A stretch of DNA of 61,984 nucleotides, counting the filler, from Choristocarpus tenellus KU-1152 (taxonomy: Eukaryota; Protista; Phaeophyceae), in NCBI GenBank assembly GCA_964200185.2. It is 11 parts of 11 records of this genome, joined end to end, with 100 filler letters (N's around TTAATTAATTAA, not from the genome) between each part and the next. Parts side by side here need not be neighbours in the genome. Positions count along the whole stretch, not along the records: positions 1 to 8,900 come from CAXNAD020004214.1; positions 9,001 to 12,440 come from CAXNAD020020008.1; positions 12,541 to 17,867 come from CAXNAD020011148.1; 8 more parts are not named here. One strand, given 5' to 3'. This document shows, piece by piece, positions 1-12,605 of the stretch. The first letter of the stretch is position 1. Each line of letters opens with the position of its first letter. The translations under genes were made by a program, and so were the position numbers. Below the pieces are notes generated by a model, which was given only the letters and a program-made list of their open reading frames with translations, was not told where the DNA came from and made no database searches.

Positions 1-124
1 TGTGTCCAACACATAGATATTGACATTTCCTAACAAACATGATAGTCAACTTTATATCAAAATGACAACATTGGATTTTGGTTCCCAAATGGACACGGCT
101 CTACCCTCTAAGATACTTTGGCTC
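1..124 (-). mobile_element. MITE family A, partial copy (terminus TACCCTCTAAGATACTTTGGCTC)
   Basis: Reverse complement matches the left ~120 bp of the family A copies at 25083, 25923 and 37458. Confidence 0.9.
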
Positions 125-2149
125 AATGTTTCTACCAGCAGGAGAGCTAGTGTATGCCATTTTGAGGAGAGACGATGCATTCAGCCTGGAACATCCCCTT
201 CCCCCATAAAATGTTATTGACATCACTTCCATCAGTCTATCTACCCATCTAGCTACGTACCCATCTGCTGGCCTAGGTGAATCCTTCCCTCTTATCTTGA
301 AGGCATCAGACACCTCTGCCCTCTGCCAGGGCACCACATCCAACAGGGCTGCACTTGGGACCATGAAACTGTCATCTCCCCATGGCCCCGTTACCAATCG
401 GGTTGATATTGATGTCAGATTGGGGGGAGCAGGGTGGTCATTTTCCGAAAAGCTCGAGAGGTCTTGGTCAGAAATTAATGACTCCAGCACCCTTGCAGCA
501 AGGTCAGCTGATACTGACAGTGGGAGATTGGTTGGAGATGAAATGGCCTTCTTGATCCGGAAGGAATTGATGCGGCGAATTTCAAGTTGGTGGTAATGGG
601 AGGAGGTTGCACAGTTAGATGGATGTCTTTTAAATTCAAGATAATTCTGGCTGGGGTTGGGGAGACTGTAAGTTTGAACGGGGAGAGTTTCGAAATACAT
701 AGATTGGGTCACAAGATGATTTTTGTGAAGACTTGAGGGAAAAATTCATAAAGCCTGGCACAGCTCTCCCCTGGTCCATCTCGCTGTTCTTGAAGTACCT
801 TCACAGCGAACGACCTTACAGAATGTAATGCTAGCAATATTTTCAATTGCCCTTAGTGCTGCCACTACTTCTGCTATGAATAACACTTTGGTGCAGGAGA
901 ATTTGCAGGAAATATTAATACTATTTGACTCAGTATTTTTGCCGAGGCTATTATTCTATTGATGGAAGTCTTCGTTTTTCAAAACACATCCCACGTACCT
1001 CCTCAACGTTGGTAAACACACAATATCAATTGTGACCAATGTGGTGTTGTTCTCTTAAAGACACTACCAGTCTACTTGAACTTCCCCCTGCCACCGACCA
1101 GTCTGACAAAGAACACTAAGGGATTTCTTCTCCCAGTCATAGCCATTGCTACACCTGTGATCCCTTACTAAGTTGTTGGTGTGTAAGACATCCATCTATT
1201 TACATGCAGTACAGGAGTACAAGGCCTTACGGCGTGGATTTCTTGACAAACATCTGTTAGCAGGAACTGTTGGGTCTTAGAGGGGGATCTGCTTAGGACC
1301 TTTCAAGAATTTAGTACTCCTCAAGCCTTCTGTTTGGCACCTCCTCTCCATCCCTGAAATGCAGCAACTTATCTCCAGGCAGGAGGCTATGGATATAGAA
1401 GGGAGGATGATTGTTTGTTCAGATAACGATGAAGTCGCCCCTCCTTGGATTGCTAGAAGCACATGTAATAGAAGGTAGTCACAGGCCCCCCAAATACTCA
1501 AGGACACCCCCTTTCTATGGCAGGGCGATCCGTTGCTCCTTTTCTGTGTATTATTGAGTGGGTCCAGATGTTTATGACTAGACAATATAGTTGTCTAGAA
1601 GAAAACAAAGACTGCTTGAGCATCCCATAGAAAACCGTGCCAAACAATGAAAGTATAAAACTTGTGGTGCACCCACACTGCCTACAATTCGCAATGATAT
1701 TGGACCACTTGGAACTGTTCACAAGTCCTATTAACCCATCTGAAGAGTGAAAAAATAGGAGCCCTACACTCCAACTTTTTGGGGTCGTTTCACCCCCCTG
1801 CCTATCTTGGGGTCCTCAAATACCCCAGACAGTGTATTTACAATTGCACTATAGCCCTAAGCCCTTTCCTCCTTCCAGAAAGTGCCATCATCACCTTCTT
1901 CGTGGCTGGGCTGCCACTATTAATATATCTCTTCCCATTGCAGAGCAACAGGGCTTGTATGGGCAACTAGGTGAAGACCAAGACATAGGTAGGTATGCTT
2001 GAGAAAAAATATATATGAAGACCAAATTCAAGTGAATTGTTCCAAACATTAGGCAGGCACTATGCAGACCGATGAAGAAAAATTGCCTCATCCAATGTTA
2101 TTCAGCTGAATAGCAAGTACCTTGTATGTAGCCCATGAAATGGAAAAAA

Positions 2150-3300
2150 AAGATAGCAACATCTAATGTTTACGTGACATTTCAGGTATGACCTTGTAAA
2201 CTGTGAGGGGAACTTCCATGGACACTACAAATGGAGATATGGCAACTTTGACATTGCGCTATCTGGAAAAAGACCATGTGATAGTGGTTTACCGTGTCTT
2301 TCATCCCAGACCGAAAGGGAAGGATATAGAAAGAAAATTAGTAGAGGTTTTGCACTGTCACTGAAAGCCTGTGTGCAGTTGGACATTGAGGTGCAGAAGG
2401 ATGGAGACTGTAGCATCATGAGGGAGGAGGCAAGCTTTGATAAGAAGATGTACCATTTTATGCATGTGCTGCATGTTATGGGAAGCAAATAACAGACCAG
2501 GAATGCTCTTTTACATAACATGACAAATAAAGGAATACGCAGGCAAGCTCAATGCCCGTCACCTTGTTATTGGAGACCAAGTCTTGCCTAAGTGGTTCGC
2601 CCTTGATCCACCCGTGGCATTTTTCACCAAAACCGTGCTGAAATGCTCTTGCCAGTGTTCGTAGTCCCCCTTTCATAAAGTGGGCATTGCGGTCTTCTTG
2701 CTGGACACTTGAACACCCATGAACCCGACACCGCCCCTGTTCCAGCCCTGAGTTGGTACCCCCTCCTCTTCCACACCGCTCAAAATTGCTAACTTCACCT
2801 CTCGCTTTGAGTATCCCGTGAGGGTCAGAAAATATGCGACCTGTGGGTACGGTGAGGAGCTTCAGTGTCTTATCGCAAATGGCGTTTGCCCTGAGGAAGC
2901 CTCTTCCTGCCTCCATTGGGGTCAAACCCATTTCTTCCAGACGTCGCTGTTCAGTACAGAGGGCACCAAGCAGAGTAACCATAGTGGTGACTCCGCTCCC
3001 AAAGCCAGACTCCATTCCCTGATCCAAAGGTCGAATCCACCATATCGCATCAGTTCAAGCTACGAAGTGGGTTTACGGTTGTGACAAACTCTCGAAATGA
3101 TAAAGTTCCCTCCTTGATTGGTACAACTCTCCTTCCGTAACCATTTTCCATGCGAGAGGCCAGGATATCAACTGCTCGTTGGATGCATGTCACTCTGGCT
3201 ACGCCAGCTTGTTAATGAACTGCTTTTTCATGTCAGGTACGTCATACATACCTCAAGAGCCTCTAGCACCAGGGTACCGACAGGGTGGACGACATCCATG
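2150..3300 (-). pseudogene. Possible decayed LTR-retrotransposon (Copia-like) gag fragment
   Basis: Stop-interrupted minus frame has a Gly/Arg-rich stretch (GRGGGTNSGLEQGR) followed by a frameshifted remnant readable as a CxxCxxxxH-type zinc knuckle (~2680-2720). No intact RT or integrase seen. Confidence 0.3.
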
Positions 3301-3844
3301 GATCGCAATAGTGCCAGCGAGTTCGAAGATATAGTGACTGTGGTACCCCTACCTGGAAGAGTAAAAGGAGGCCAGTAATAAGAGCAGGATACTTGCAGGA
3401 GGTCCAAATTTTACTTCGTCTCATTCGTCTCGCGCCAGATGAGGCCATGGTTTTGTGCAGCTCACCACGTGCCTCACCAAGAGATCGAACCCTTTGTCCT
3501 TCAATCAATAATAGATTGCCTTCAATATAAAGGATTTCCTCACCTTCGCCTTCGATGTGAATACATTTTGAAGACTCTGTCGGACCTAGGAGCGTCCCAA
3601 GGGACTTCCCCAACGCAGATACCACAACTAAGGGTTGTGCTAGAGGTGTAACAACACTTGACGGCATCGTATCCTTACATGGATATTTGGAGGTCAAGAA
3701 TGATACCATTGTCCCTATCTATCTTCCAACATAATACGAAAAATGAAAAAACATCTTTTTTGGAGTTGTCTCAGAAATTACCAGGGTTTTCATTGTGGGG
3801 GACGTTAGGATGTCCATTGTTGGCCATATGGCCAAGGGAAGGTT

Positions 3845-4050
3845 CGTGCCCTGACCATGTCGAAACGGTCGATGGCCATGGGCTTGGTTATGTTCGAAGT
3901 TGGTTTTACATGTTCAGTTAGCGTCCCTGGTCACATTGAGTGAGCGATGGTCATGGACTCGACCGTGTTCGAACTCAATTTCATCTGAAGGACTACTGAC
4001 CCAAGTCATGTTGAGTAATCGATGGCCATGGACTAGGCCGTGTTAGAGCA
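3845..4050 (+). repeat. Degenerate 75-bp tandem repeat (~2.7 units)
   Basis: CGATGGYCATGGRCT..GTT.GA motif starts at 3870, 3945 and 4020. Confidence 0.75.
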
Positions 4051-5678
4051 TTTTATCTCTGACTGGTCAGGTAGTAGTTATTTGTACGCTGGGGCCAGCC
4101 ACGTCATCATGGCCATACGTCCCATTTTACCGCCCACTCTTCTTGACTTTGACCTCATGATTTTCGAACTATTAATGTTATATTGCTTCTGGAGAAAACC
4201 ATCATCTTCTTCTAGCTTCAAAATGTCGAAAGTAGATTTGATATTTTGACCTAAATCTTGTTACTTCAGTAGGTTGTAACTAATAATAATAATCGTTTTT
4301 TGCTGATGATACCTTCTTTATCTACTAAAACCCTACATAATATAGTTGTAACATACGTTTTGCTTGTCGCTACCTTTGTACAGGTGACAGCTTCCAAGAG
4401 ATCACCCAGTTCATGTCTGAACACGTATATGTTGTTCAAAAGTTGTGCTTGTAACGTGAAGAGTGCTTAAGGTTTTGGGTAGTCAAGACCTTTTTGTGGG
4501 CTTCAACTCGACCTCACTACTAGAGTTCTAGGGAACTTTTCGGGAGTCAAGCACCTTCCCTGGGAACTGCATATTTTTTTCTGGGCAACACGTCCATTCA
4601 GACATCAAGCTCTGGATTCAGAAGGTCAGTTAGTTGAAGATTGTCCTGTGTCCATCCCGCCTTCCATTGTATGATTTTCTGAGAACCACATACTGGAAAC
4701 AACTGAAGATGTAATTTCCAATTTTATGATTTATACTTTATTTTGGTTGTAGTAAGAGTGATACAATTTTCGGAAAACAACCAAGCAAGGCGATATTTGT
4801 TTCATTTTTTCCCGTTTTTCCTTGACTCAGAAAGATTTATATTTTCATCAAAGTGATACGTATTTCTTTACACCTTAATCTTTAATATCTCTATTATTTC
4901 TCTGTGTGCCACCTTCTGTGTTTATAATGTTGTCTGTAGGTATTGAGGGAGAAATTTAGCAGCTTGATAGGTGATGAGGTACAACCATGTGACGTTTTTC
5001 TTGGTGGGACTGCTGACAAGGGAGCAAACATCGTCAACGCCCTATCTATGTGAGCTAAAGGTACCCGCAAATAACTTGTGCTGCGCATAATATGCTGAAC
5101 ACTTCTGTTTTGTGGTCGCTTTGTATCAACATGTCTAAAAATATGGGGAAGAAAAGGGCAGGCAGAGAACTGGAAGTATCACCGAAAAAAATAAAGGGGT
5201 GCGTCCATGGGGAGGAGTCTGGGTTCTCCTTGATTGAGGGTATGAAGGCATGAAAAGCTCGGCGAGGCAAGCATTGATGAGGACCAAAGGACACTCTTTC
5301 ATGACAGCTGTACCAAAGATTGCAGCATACATACGCTCATGCCCTAACAGGGACTTCGTTGACAACAAAGCTGTTAGAGCTAAAGGGGACTCTCTTCTGA
5401 ATCGATGTGAAGGTTTTGCTGCCACGTTAGGTGGCAATGAACCCGATCCTTCGCTGATGACACTTGGTTTTGTGACTGGGAGAAATAGTAGGGTAGAGCA
5501 ATAATACGAGATGCAACACCTACAGGAGAAGGTGAGGAGTTCATCATAATAGAAAGGGAAGGATCGTCAAAGAATGGCCATTTGTTCGGAGGAAGAAACT
5601 CAACCAGTATCTTGGAGAGGAGGAGGCAGCGGGTGATTAAGAGATTGACCTTTTGATGTGCAGTAAAGAGAAGGGGGT

Positions 5679-5937
5679 GAGTCAAAGTAAGCGAGAGGTA
5701 CCCATGGTTGCAATGGTAGGATGCTGACAAATATATGCAAATTTCGGCATTTTGTACCAATGCAGGTGGGGAATTTCCTTGTTGCTGTTGAATTTTTTTA
5801 AACAATAGAGAACTCAATGTTCTCAAACCAATTCTTGTATTTCATCCATAGAATTATGGGTGAATCGCAGAAGATTAAAAGCCTGGCTTAAAACGCAAAA
5901 CGGTTAATTCCTGGTTACCTCTCCTCTACTTTGGCTC
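5679..5937 (+). mobile_element. MITE family C copy
   Basis: TIRs GAGTCAAAGTAAGCGAGAGGTA ... TACCTCTCCTCTACTTTGGCTC; internal similarity to 24119 and 35606. Confidence 0.85.
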
Positions 5938-7114
5938 TTTGCAAAGAAAGAAAGGGAGGGCAAGGTGTAACAGGCTCCTAAAATACCCCTTCTGCCCATG
6001 TTTGCTAGACTTTGTCACAGGATTGATGGTGCAAGTTGTCAATCTGAGGGAGATTTCTCAAACCTCACCTACCTTCACACTCACCGCCTTCCAGTATAAT
6101 CTGGATGCGATAAAGGTGCAGAGACTTACATGCACTTCAATAATAATTTCATTAAGGAGGTGACTAAGTTAAGACAGGAGGAGATGGGGGTGCTAGCAAC
6201 CAAGCAGAAGGAATCTCGTGTGAAAGTGTGTGTATACCAGAAATAAGTGGCAGGTGATGAAGCACTTACAGCATAGGCTATATTTGGAATGTCTGTTGAG
6301 AATGCAACACCTTTGACTTTTGGGTTAGTATACATGACCCCCGAAAAGCATCTGTCAGTTTCTTTTTTCTTTGAACCGATAGTAATTCACTAGTTATGTT
6401 TATGTTGTGTCCGACTGTCTGGAGGAATTCATTGGAAAAAAAGATAAAAGAAACTCGTTAGTCAATGTATGTAAATTAAACAATAAATTCCGATCATGTA
6501 TGCCTCCTAACATTCTCACTCTAAATACATACTATCTTCTTTTGACCTCGAATCCAAGAAAGTCCTGAGATGATTTCAAAGAGTCCTATCCACATGCACA
6601 TACTACACTTACAAGTAACCCACCCTTCAATATAATATGTTACACACATTTTTCATTCTTCGCATGGAAAGATCAAAAGAAATTTACAGTTGGACCAGTA
6701 GAACACGTATTGGAACATGGTTCAGACGAACCAGAAATAAATCGAACTGGTCCACGCCTATGGTGGACGGGGAAAAAAAGCTAGACCGTCTAACTAGTGA
6801 ACATATATCACTACAATACGGAGAGGTAATCGTCCTAACATGTTAGAGAATACTGAACCCAGTCTGGTCGACGGGTATACACTGGTTCAATACCTTATTG
6901 GCATGGACCAGGACATCTGATATAATTGTGGGACCAGTCTGACCCGTTACAGGACTTTTAAAAATTTTCAGACCAGATCAAAACTCCAAGGAAATTTCAA
7001 CTAATACAAAGCAGACACAACTCTATTTTCTATTTCAACTTTGGCAACTAACTTGACAAACAATCAAAAAATCCGAATAAATGATCGTCACTTCCACCCA
7101 CGCTATCTAAAGGG

Positions 7115-8120
7115 ATGAGCGGTGATGATGGGGTTAGTCTACAGCCTGGCAATATGGAAAGTTTACCGTCACCTGACACGGAGATCGTGCTAGTGAGCAT
7201 CCCGTTGTTGGCATTTCGACTGTAGAAATGGTATTGCCAATTGTGAATTGCTATGCTGCCTGGCTCACTCTTTCTCTCTTTGTTGTTTAGTATTCATTTT
7301 TTTTTGATCTTAACTATCTAGGTTCATCACTGTCAACTTTTCCCTTGTGATTGAGCCTTCTTGTGTATCCAAAAAGAGTTGATGGGGTGATCAACCGGTC
7401 CTCTCTAACCATATTTCTATTGGTAGCACTGGACTTCGATTGGCATGCACCCTTTCATCCATTAGTTACCGTTGCAAGGAAGCACTTTCTGGTACACTCT
7501 TTCATTCGGAGTCTCCAGTGCGTCTTCTGATCTCCAATCCTTCTGTTTTAGGATGCCCTTTTGAGTCTTCATACCACATTAGTCGATATCCAACCCTCCC
7601 AAATAGGTACAGCGAAACCCTGAAGTGCACGAATTCGATATGACGGAGTGGGGATCTCTTAGCAAGAAAACAAGGCGCTTCGCAGTAAAGGCAGCTATCC
7701 TCTCTAGCCTAGGAGGCCTTCTTTTTGGGTATGACATGGGTGTTGTGGAAGGGGCTCTCCCCCTACTCGGTGAAGATCTCTCTTTATCTACTGCGGAGAA
7801 GGACTACGTCGTGGGCTTCATGCTCCTGGGTGGTATTGCAGGCAAGAAATACTTGAGACAAATGCTGTGCACCAATTTGGTGGGACTAGGATCTGGCACA
7901 TGGTTCGCGTCTACCGAACCTCGCTTACTGGGAATGTGCCTCATGTCAAGTTCACCGTATAACCTGAACACAAGGTGGCTCAACTTGACTCCCCTCGTAC
8001 GCACAGGAGCTTGCATTGGAGGAGTTCTCGTGGACTGGATAGGTCGGTGGCGTACTATCGTAGTCACTGCTCTCATCTTTGTTGTGGGAGGTGTGACCCT
8101 GTTTCTCGCAACAACAGTTG
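7115..8120 (+). CDS. MFS sugar porter family transporter, 5' part. Exons 7115-7192, 7607-7841, 8007-8120; no further exon recognised before the contig end.
   Basis: TM1 motif SSLGGLLFGYDMGVVEGALP and loop motif GGVLVDWIGRWRTI. Splice phases are consistent (0, then 1): donors GTGAG at 7193 and 8121, GCAAG at 7842; acceptors TAG 7606 and CAG 8006. Confidence 0.9.
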
Positions 8121-8900
8121 GTGAGAAAATAGAGACCAAATTTGTATATCCCTCTATACTGGGGCACAGATTTCCGTTCTGCTCAAAATAGATTTCATTG
8201 CAAGGGTGCTGCTGGGGTTCATGGGTGTCAGAATAAACAAGATCAACCAACTATATTGAGGGAGCTCAGGGGGGATGTCTTGTAGATCCTCATAAGGTCT
8301 TCCTTAGTGTCTTAGCATGTTGATCTTATACAGCATAGGATTGGCACATATTTCCGGAATACTACTTTTGACTGTGTGCTTTTCATCACTTCATATTTGC
8401 TCCTATTACTGCTAAGGCTCGGGGGCTTGTTGGGGTCACAAGAGAGGAATGGGTGAAAATGATTCATGTTCCCTTGTCGTGATTGAAGTTTTTGTCAAGG
8501 TTAGGGAGGCGTGTCAACCAAGAACAGTGCGGGGCGAAACACCTACGGACTGTGGACATTAGAAGAACAAAACAAAACAGCCCTGCCAAGAATGAGGAGT
8601 AACAGCGGATTCAATCTCCACCAATCTTGGCCCGTAGGATGTACTTAGTTGTAGTTATGGCAACTCTGCACTTGGTATATTAGGGGCTTACCTTACTCGA
8701 GCAAGCAGCAGTTTCCTCGATTCCACGGTGAGGTACCCCTCTGGCTGCCCAGCCTTTCTTTGTTCACACGCCACCGCTGTCGCCTTGCCAATCTTTTCAC
8801 CGGGAAGAGCCCTAACCCTAACTCAACATTTTTTCTTTTTGTCGAGTGGGTCCGGGATGTTTCACTGTGAGAACATGCATCCTGTGTGTGTGTGTGGGGG

Positions 8901-9000
8901 NNNNNNNNNNNNNNNNNNNNNNNNNNNNNNNNNNNNNNNNNNNNTTAATTAATTAANNNNNNNNNNNNNNNNNNNNNNNNNNNNNNNNNNNNNNNNNNNN
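8901..9000. other. Artificial contig linker (N-run + TTAATTAATTAA + N-run); nine more at 12441, 17868, 26986, 38750, 41479, 44279, 49720, 52490, 56479
   Basis: Identical 100-nt spacer with stops in all six frames, repeated 10 times. Confidence 0.98.
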
Positions 9001-9060
9001 ACCTTCACTCTCATACGGATGCCTAAAGTCAAACACAAGGTCCTGTATTTCAAGGGCATA

Positions 9061-9515
9061 GTATTTGTGCAATATAGGCTAGGTAGTCTATAGGACATTA
9101 TCTGTTTAGTGACCAGCACTAAACAACAGAAGTCTTGACTGAGTAGAGTAATTGTCAAGGACTTGTTTCCATATGTTTAGAGTAACATGTTCAAGTCTGG
9201 ATGGTTTACTTATATTACTCAATATAAGTTGCTGACGCAGTGTAACTGTTACAATCATATTTCTGACATGTTTACTGACGTACGCAATAGATATTAAGAT
9301 AGAGCACCCAGGGAAATACATATAGCACCAAGGCAATAGATAACACCGCAGAGCACTCCAGGAACCTTAGGGATGTGCTCACATTGCTAATAATCAAATC
9401 CACACCACATAAAGCAAAAAAACTATATTAGAGTAACTCTCTATTGCATAGGCTGTTGTTTAGTGCTGGTCACTAAACACATAACACGCCATAGACTACC
9501 TATCTTGCACAGTAT
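9061..9515. repeat. Imperfect inverted repeat (foldback/MITE-like)
   Basis: TGTTTAGTGACCAGCACTAAACAACAG (~9103-9129) is the reverse complement of ~9453-9479; weaker homology extends outward. Confidence 0.7.
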
Positions 9516-10539
9516 TCGTTCAGAAGCTTGATTAGACTATGGAAGGTAAAGGGCAATACCAGAAGGGCATGCAATGTTAAAGCATTACATGCTACAAAGA
9601 TGTCTATGTGCAATGACCGTATCGTGTTAGCGAGACTGTGCTAGAGCAGGTTTTAGAAGCTATCATTATCGTAAACATTCGCGTGTCGACAAGATATTTT
9701 GATGCAAACAATACGGAAGTTGTTGGACCGTGCTTCACCAACTGCACAAACTACCCAAAACAAAGTACCGTACAAGAATATTGAAAGTCGAGGGCACTGA
9801 CACCTACCAGTTAGTGTCTTCAATAGCATCGATTGCAGTTACCATGTCAATCTTCGGTGATGAGGAAATACTAGTAAATGCGGTTTCAAATGCTATTCAC
9901 AGTGTAACGTTTACAATATATTGAGAACATACCATACCGGCAGGTAATATTCTTCTATCAGGAAGTATAATATACTTGATGTCACTTCATAGCACACATT
10001 TCATGAATAACAACAGACCTTCCGCACAAACACCAAGTGATTTTTTCGCACACCATAATTATTATCCTGCCTCATATTCACAAACCTGGGATCTACCACC
10101 CACACCTTTGTCACCTAAAAGAGCTACGGACCACACACAAAGTAGAAACTAAGACTCTAGCGGGATGCATAATGTGAGGAAAGAAAATCGAGGATAGACG
10201 AAATATCGGCACCTATCCACCATGGACGTGTTGGCCCACACTAGAGAATCTACCATGTGCTACATTTTTGGTCACATTTGCCATGACCACTCAACACACA
10301 CACAACTTGTTCAATATGTCACGCATAACCCCTAACCCTATCATCATCACCAAGAGGACGACATTAAGAAACGGGCGTAACTTCTATCCCATGAGGAGTT
10401 GTATGGCAGGTATGATCCGGTCCAGACAAAGACACAAACACCGAAAACGTCTACTCCCTTTCTTCATCCTGGAAGAGCCAAGTGCAAAGCACAACTTACA
10501 GTAACTCCGATATTTAAAATTCTATGCTCATGCACTTAC

Positions 10540-10723
10540 CCCTCAGGTTGTTGTTCCGCAGATCGAGTTCAACCACACGTCCTTCCGAGTTGACCTTCAC
10601 GCCATGTCGTACACCTAGATCATCGGTCGCGCTGTCCCACCCTTGTTTGCGACGCCACGACGTTCCACCCGTGGAACGGAAGAGGGTATCCAAGACATTC
10701 TCATCTAGATCGCGTCCTTCCAT
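10540..10723 (-). CDS. Exon encoding an LRR N-terminal cap plus first partial LRR (brown-algal LRR/ROCO-type)
   Basis: MEGRDLDENVLDTLFRSTGGTSWRRKQGWDSATDDLGVRHGVKVNSEGRVVELDLRNNNLR-G. Preceded by a CGCAG acceptor; ends in a phase-1 GTAAGT donor. Confidence 0.85.
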
Positions 10724-11928
10724 CTGCGAAGATACTTATTCACGACATTCGAAGAAGGAAGTCGTTAAATAGGAGAAGCGATTGAATATTCCCCATAGGG
10801 AGATTACTATTCTCCGAACATAATAGAGTTAAACCACTACCAGTGCTCTCCCAACTCTATCCTGAAAACTTTCTCTTGTTACTTACAAGACTTCAAAGAC
10901 TAGTGTGCTTATCACTCACCCACTCCATCCAGTATTCACTTCCAGTCCCAATATTCGACTTGGTTAGCCTCCCGGATTAGGTCAATTGGTGTGGGGCAAC
11001 ATCATCTACACGGAAAACGAACTTGTCTTGTCACAATTGTTTCTCTGATAAACCCCACCACCCATGTTTCAAGGTACGAAATTTTTCGCAAACAAGAGAC
11101 TACAAATACAAATAAATGGTGTTTGAACTTACTCTCTCTATCATACAAGAAGTGAAATGAAGGAGTAAGAGCAGAAGGAGAATTCAAAACCAAAGTCTTT
11201 TTCGTTCAACGTTCCAGACTCTTTATGAGATAGGTTACAATTCAAGAGATAAACTACTAACTCTTAATATTTGAAACACCAATGTAGTATCATATTGTAT
11301 TCTCAGATTCATGAAATGATCAAATATATCATGTCAAGAATGATATTCCATATTAGGAACCGAATCCATAAACGTGAGGGGCTTCAAGTTCTGACATATG
11401 TTTGCTTCTATGACGTGGATTCTCTCTAGAGGTCGTTGTCTGAACCAATCTTTCCAAGGTGAAACATTCCTATATTTTTATCATCGTAAAATGAAGAGTG
11501 AGTGTGAGAATGTGGTAAGATATGGCTCTCCAATCTCCTCTGTTTGTTGACAATAATTTGTTATCTTTTCAGAGATGGAAGATGGAAACGGACACAACGT
11601 GGATAAAGACGGAATATGAAGGAACTGGCGGTACATTTGAGTATCACCCCTGGACGAGTTCGGGACGTTAAAACGTGATGGTGTTAATTTGTCCTGATGG
11701 CGTGGCCAGCTTCATGTTCGATTGACATTCGAAGGAAGGAGTGATGGATGGGTGAAGTACGTAATATTTTCTGACTAAGGCGCAGAAGAATGTCACCAAC
11801 GTGTACATCTCCCTCTGGCTGACGTGAGTACGACGGTAGATGCTGCTTGAATTCATGCTGTATTGCACTTAATTGTCGTAGGTTACATACCTGAAGTCCA
11901 TAAACACAACCCTCAATGAGGAGCATCT

Positions 11929-12440
11929 TTACATGTACCCATCCAACACTTTTCTTGCTTCCCAGTCTTGTTCCCGGAAGAAACTTGCGGTCTGGGGAGC
12001 AGGAGACAGACTGTCTCCAGAAGCTGTGCCACCTGTTGTGGGAGGAACAGGAGAAATCGAGGATTGCTGAGCATCATCGACGTTGTTGGAGGGGGAGGAC
12101 GAAGTAGAAAGTCCAGCGGCGACTGAGACTAAAGCGGTGGAGTCTGAGTCAGGAGGGCCCACCTCTAGTCCTGCCAGCGCCAACCCAGAAAGGTTCAGAC
12201 AGGAAGTACCCTCTCCTGGATCAGGGGGGAGATCTCTGCCCCAGGTTTCCCCTATTCTCCCCCCCTCCAGAAAAAATGCCTGATGGTTGGGTCCCTCCAT
12301 ATCTTCTCCTGTTTGCAATAAATGGCCCCCATCCAATGATGTGCTCCAAAGGCTTGGACATGAGTGTGAGAGAGGGGCCCCAAAAGGAAAGGTCCACGTC
12401 ATGACGTGACTTCAGCAAGGATGGAGTCTCGTCGGAGGAA
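11929..12440 (-). CDS. Possible exon of an unknown Ser/Pro/Gly-rich protein
   Basis: 157-aa open frame near the contig end with higher GC than its flanks; no recognisable domain. Confidence 0.3.
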
Positions 12441-12540
12441 NNNNNNNNNNNNNNNNNNNNNNNNNNNNNNNNNNNNNNNNNNNNTTAATTAATTAANNNN
12501 NNNNNNNNNNNNNNNNNNNNNNNNNNNNNNNNNNNNNNNN

Positions 12541-12605
12541 AATCGTGACATGAAAAAATTGACCCCAAATGGACAGCCGCCACCCCCTCCCAGATACTTT
12601 GAACC
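12541..12605 (-). mobile_element. MITE family D terminus (CCCAGATACTTTGAACC). Other ends or copies at 17968-18061, 38682-38749, 41579-41661, 44207-44278, 56599-56780, 61878-61984.
   Basis: Shared GG(C/T/G)TCAAAGTATCTGGGG TIR. Most copies also share GCTGTCCATTT..TGTCGCGATTTTT. The near-complete copy at 56599-56780 has both ends. Confidence 0.8.

Noticed and set aside
101-712. 203-aa minus-strand ORF as a gene
   Set aside because: No recognisable motif, its end runs into a MITE, and no supporting exon structure was found; possibly decayed mobile DNA.
3870-4050. CRISPR-like repeat-spacer appearance
   Set aside because: Only three degenerate cores, the 'spacers' resemble each other, the context is eukaryotic, and no cas genes are present.
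8728-9158. ORFs running into X-runs or ending at TTAATTAATTAA (also at the other linkers)
   Set aside because: Artefacts of the contig linker; the repeated TTAATTAATTAA is not biological.
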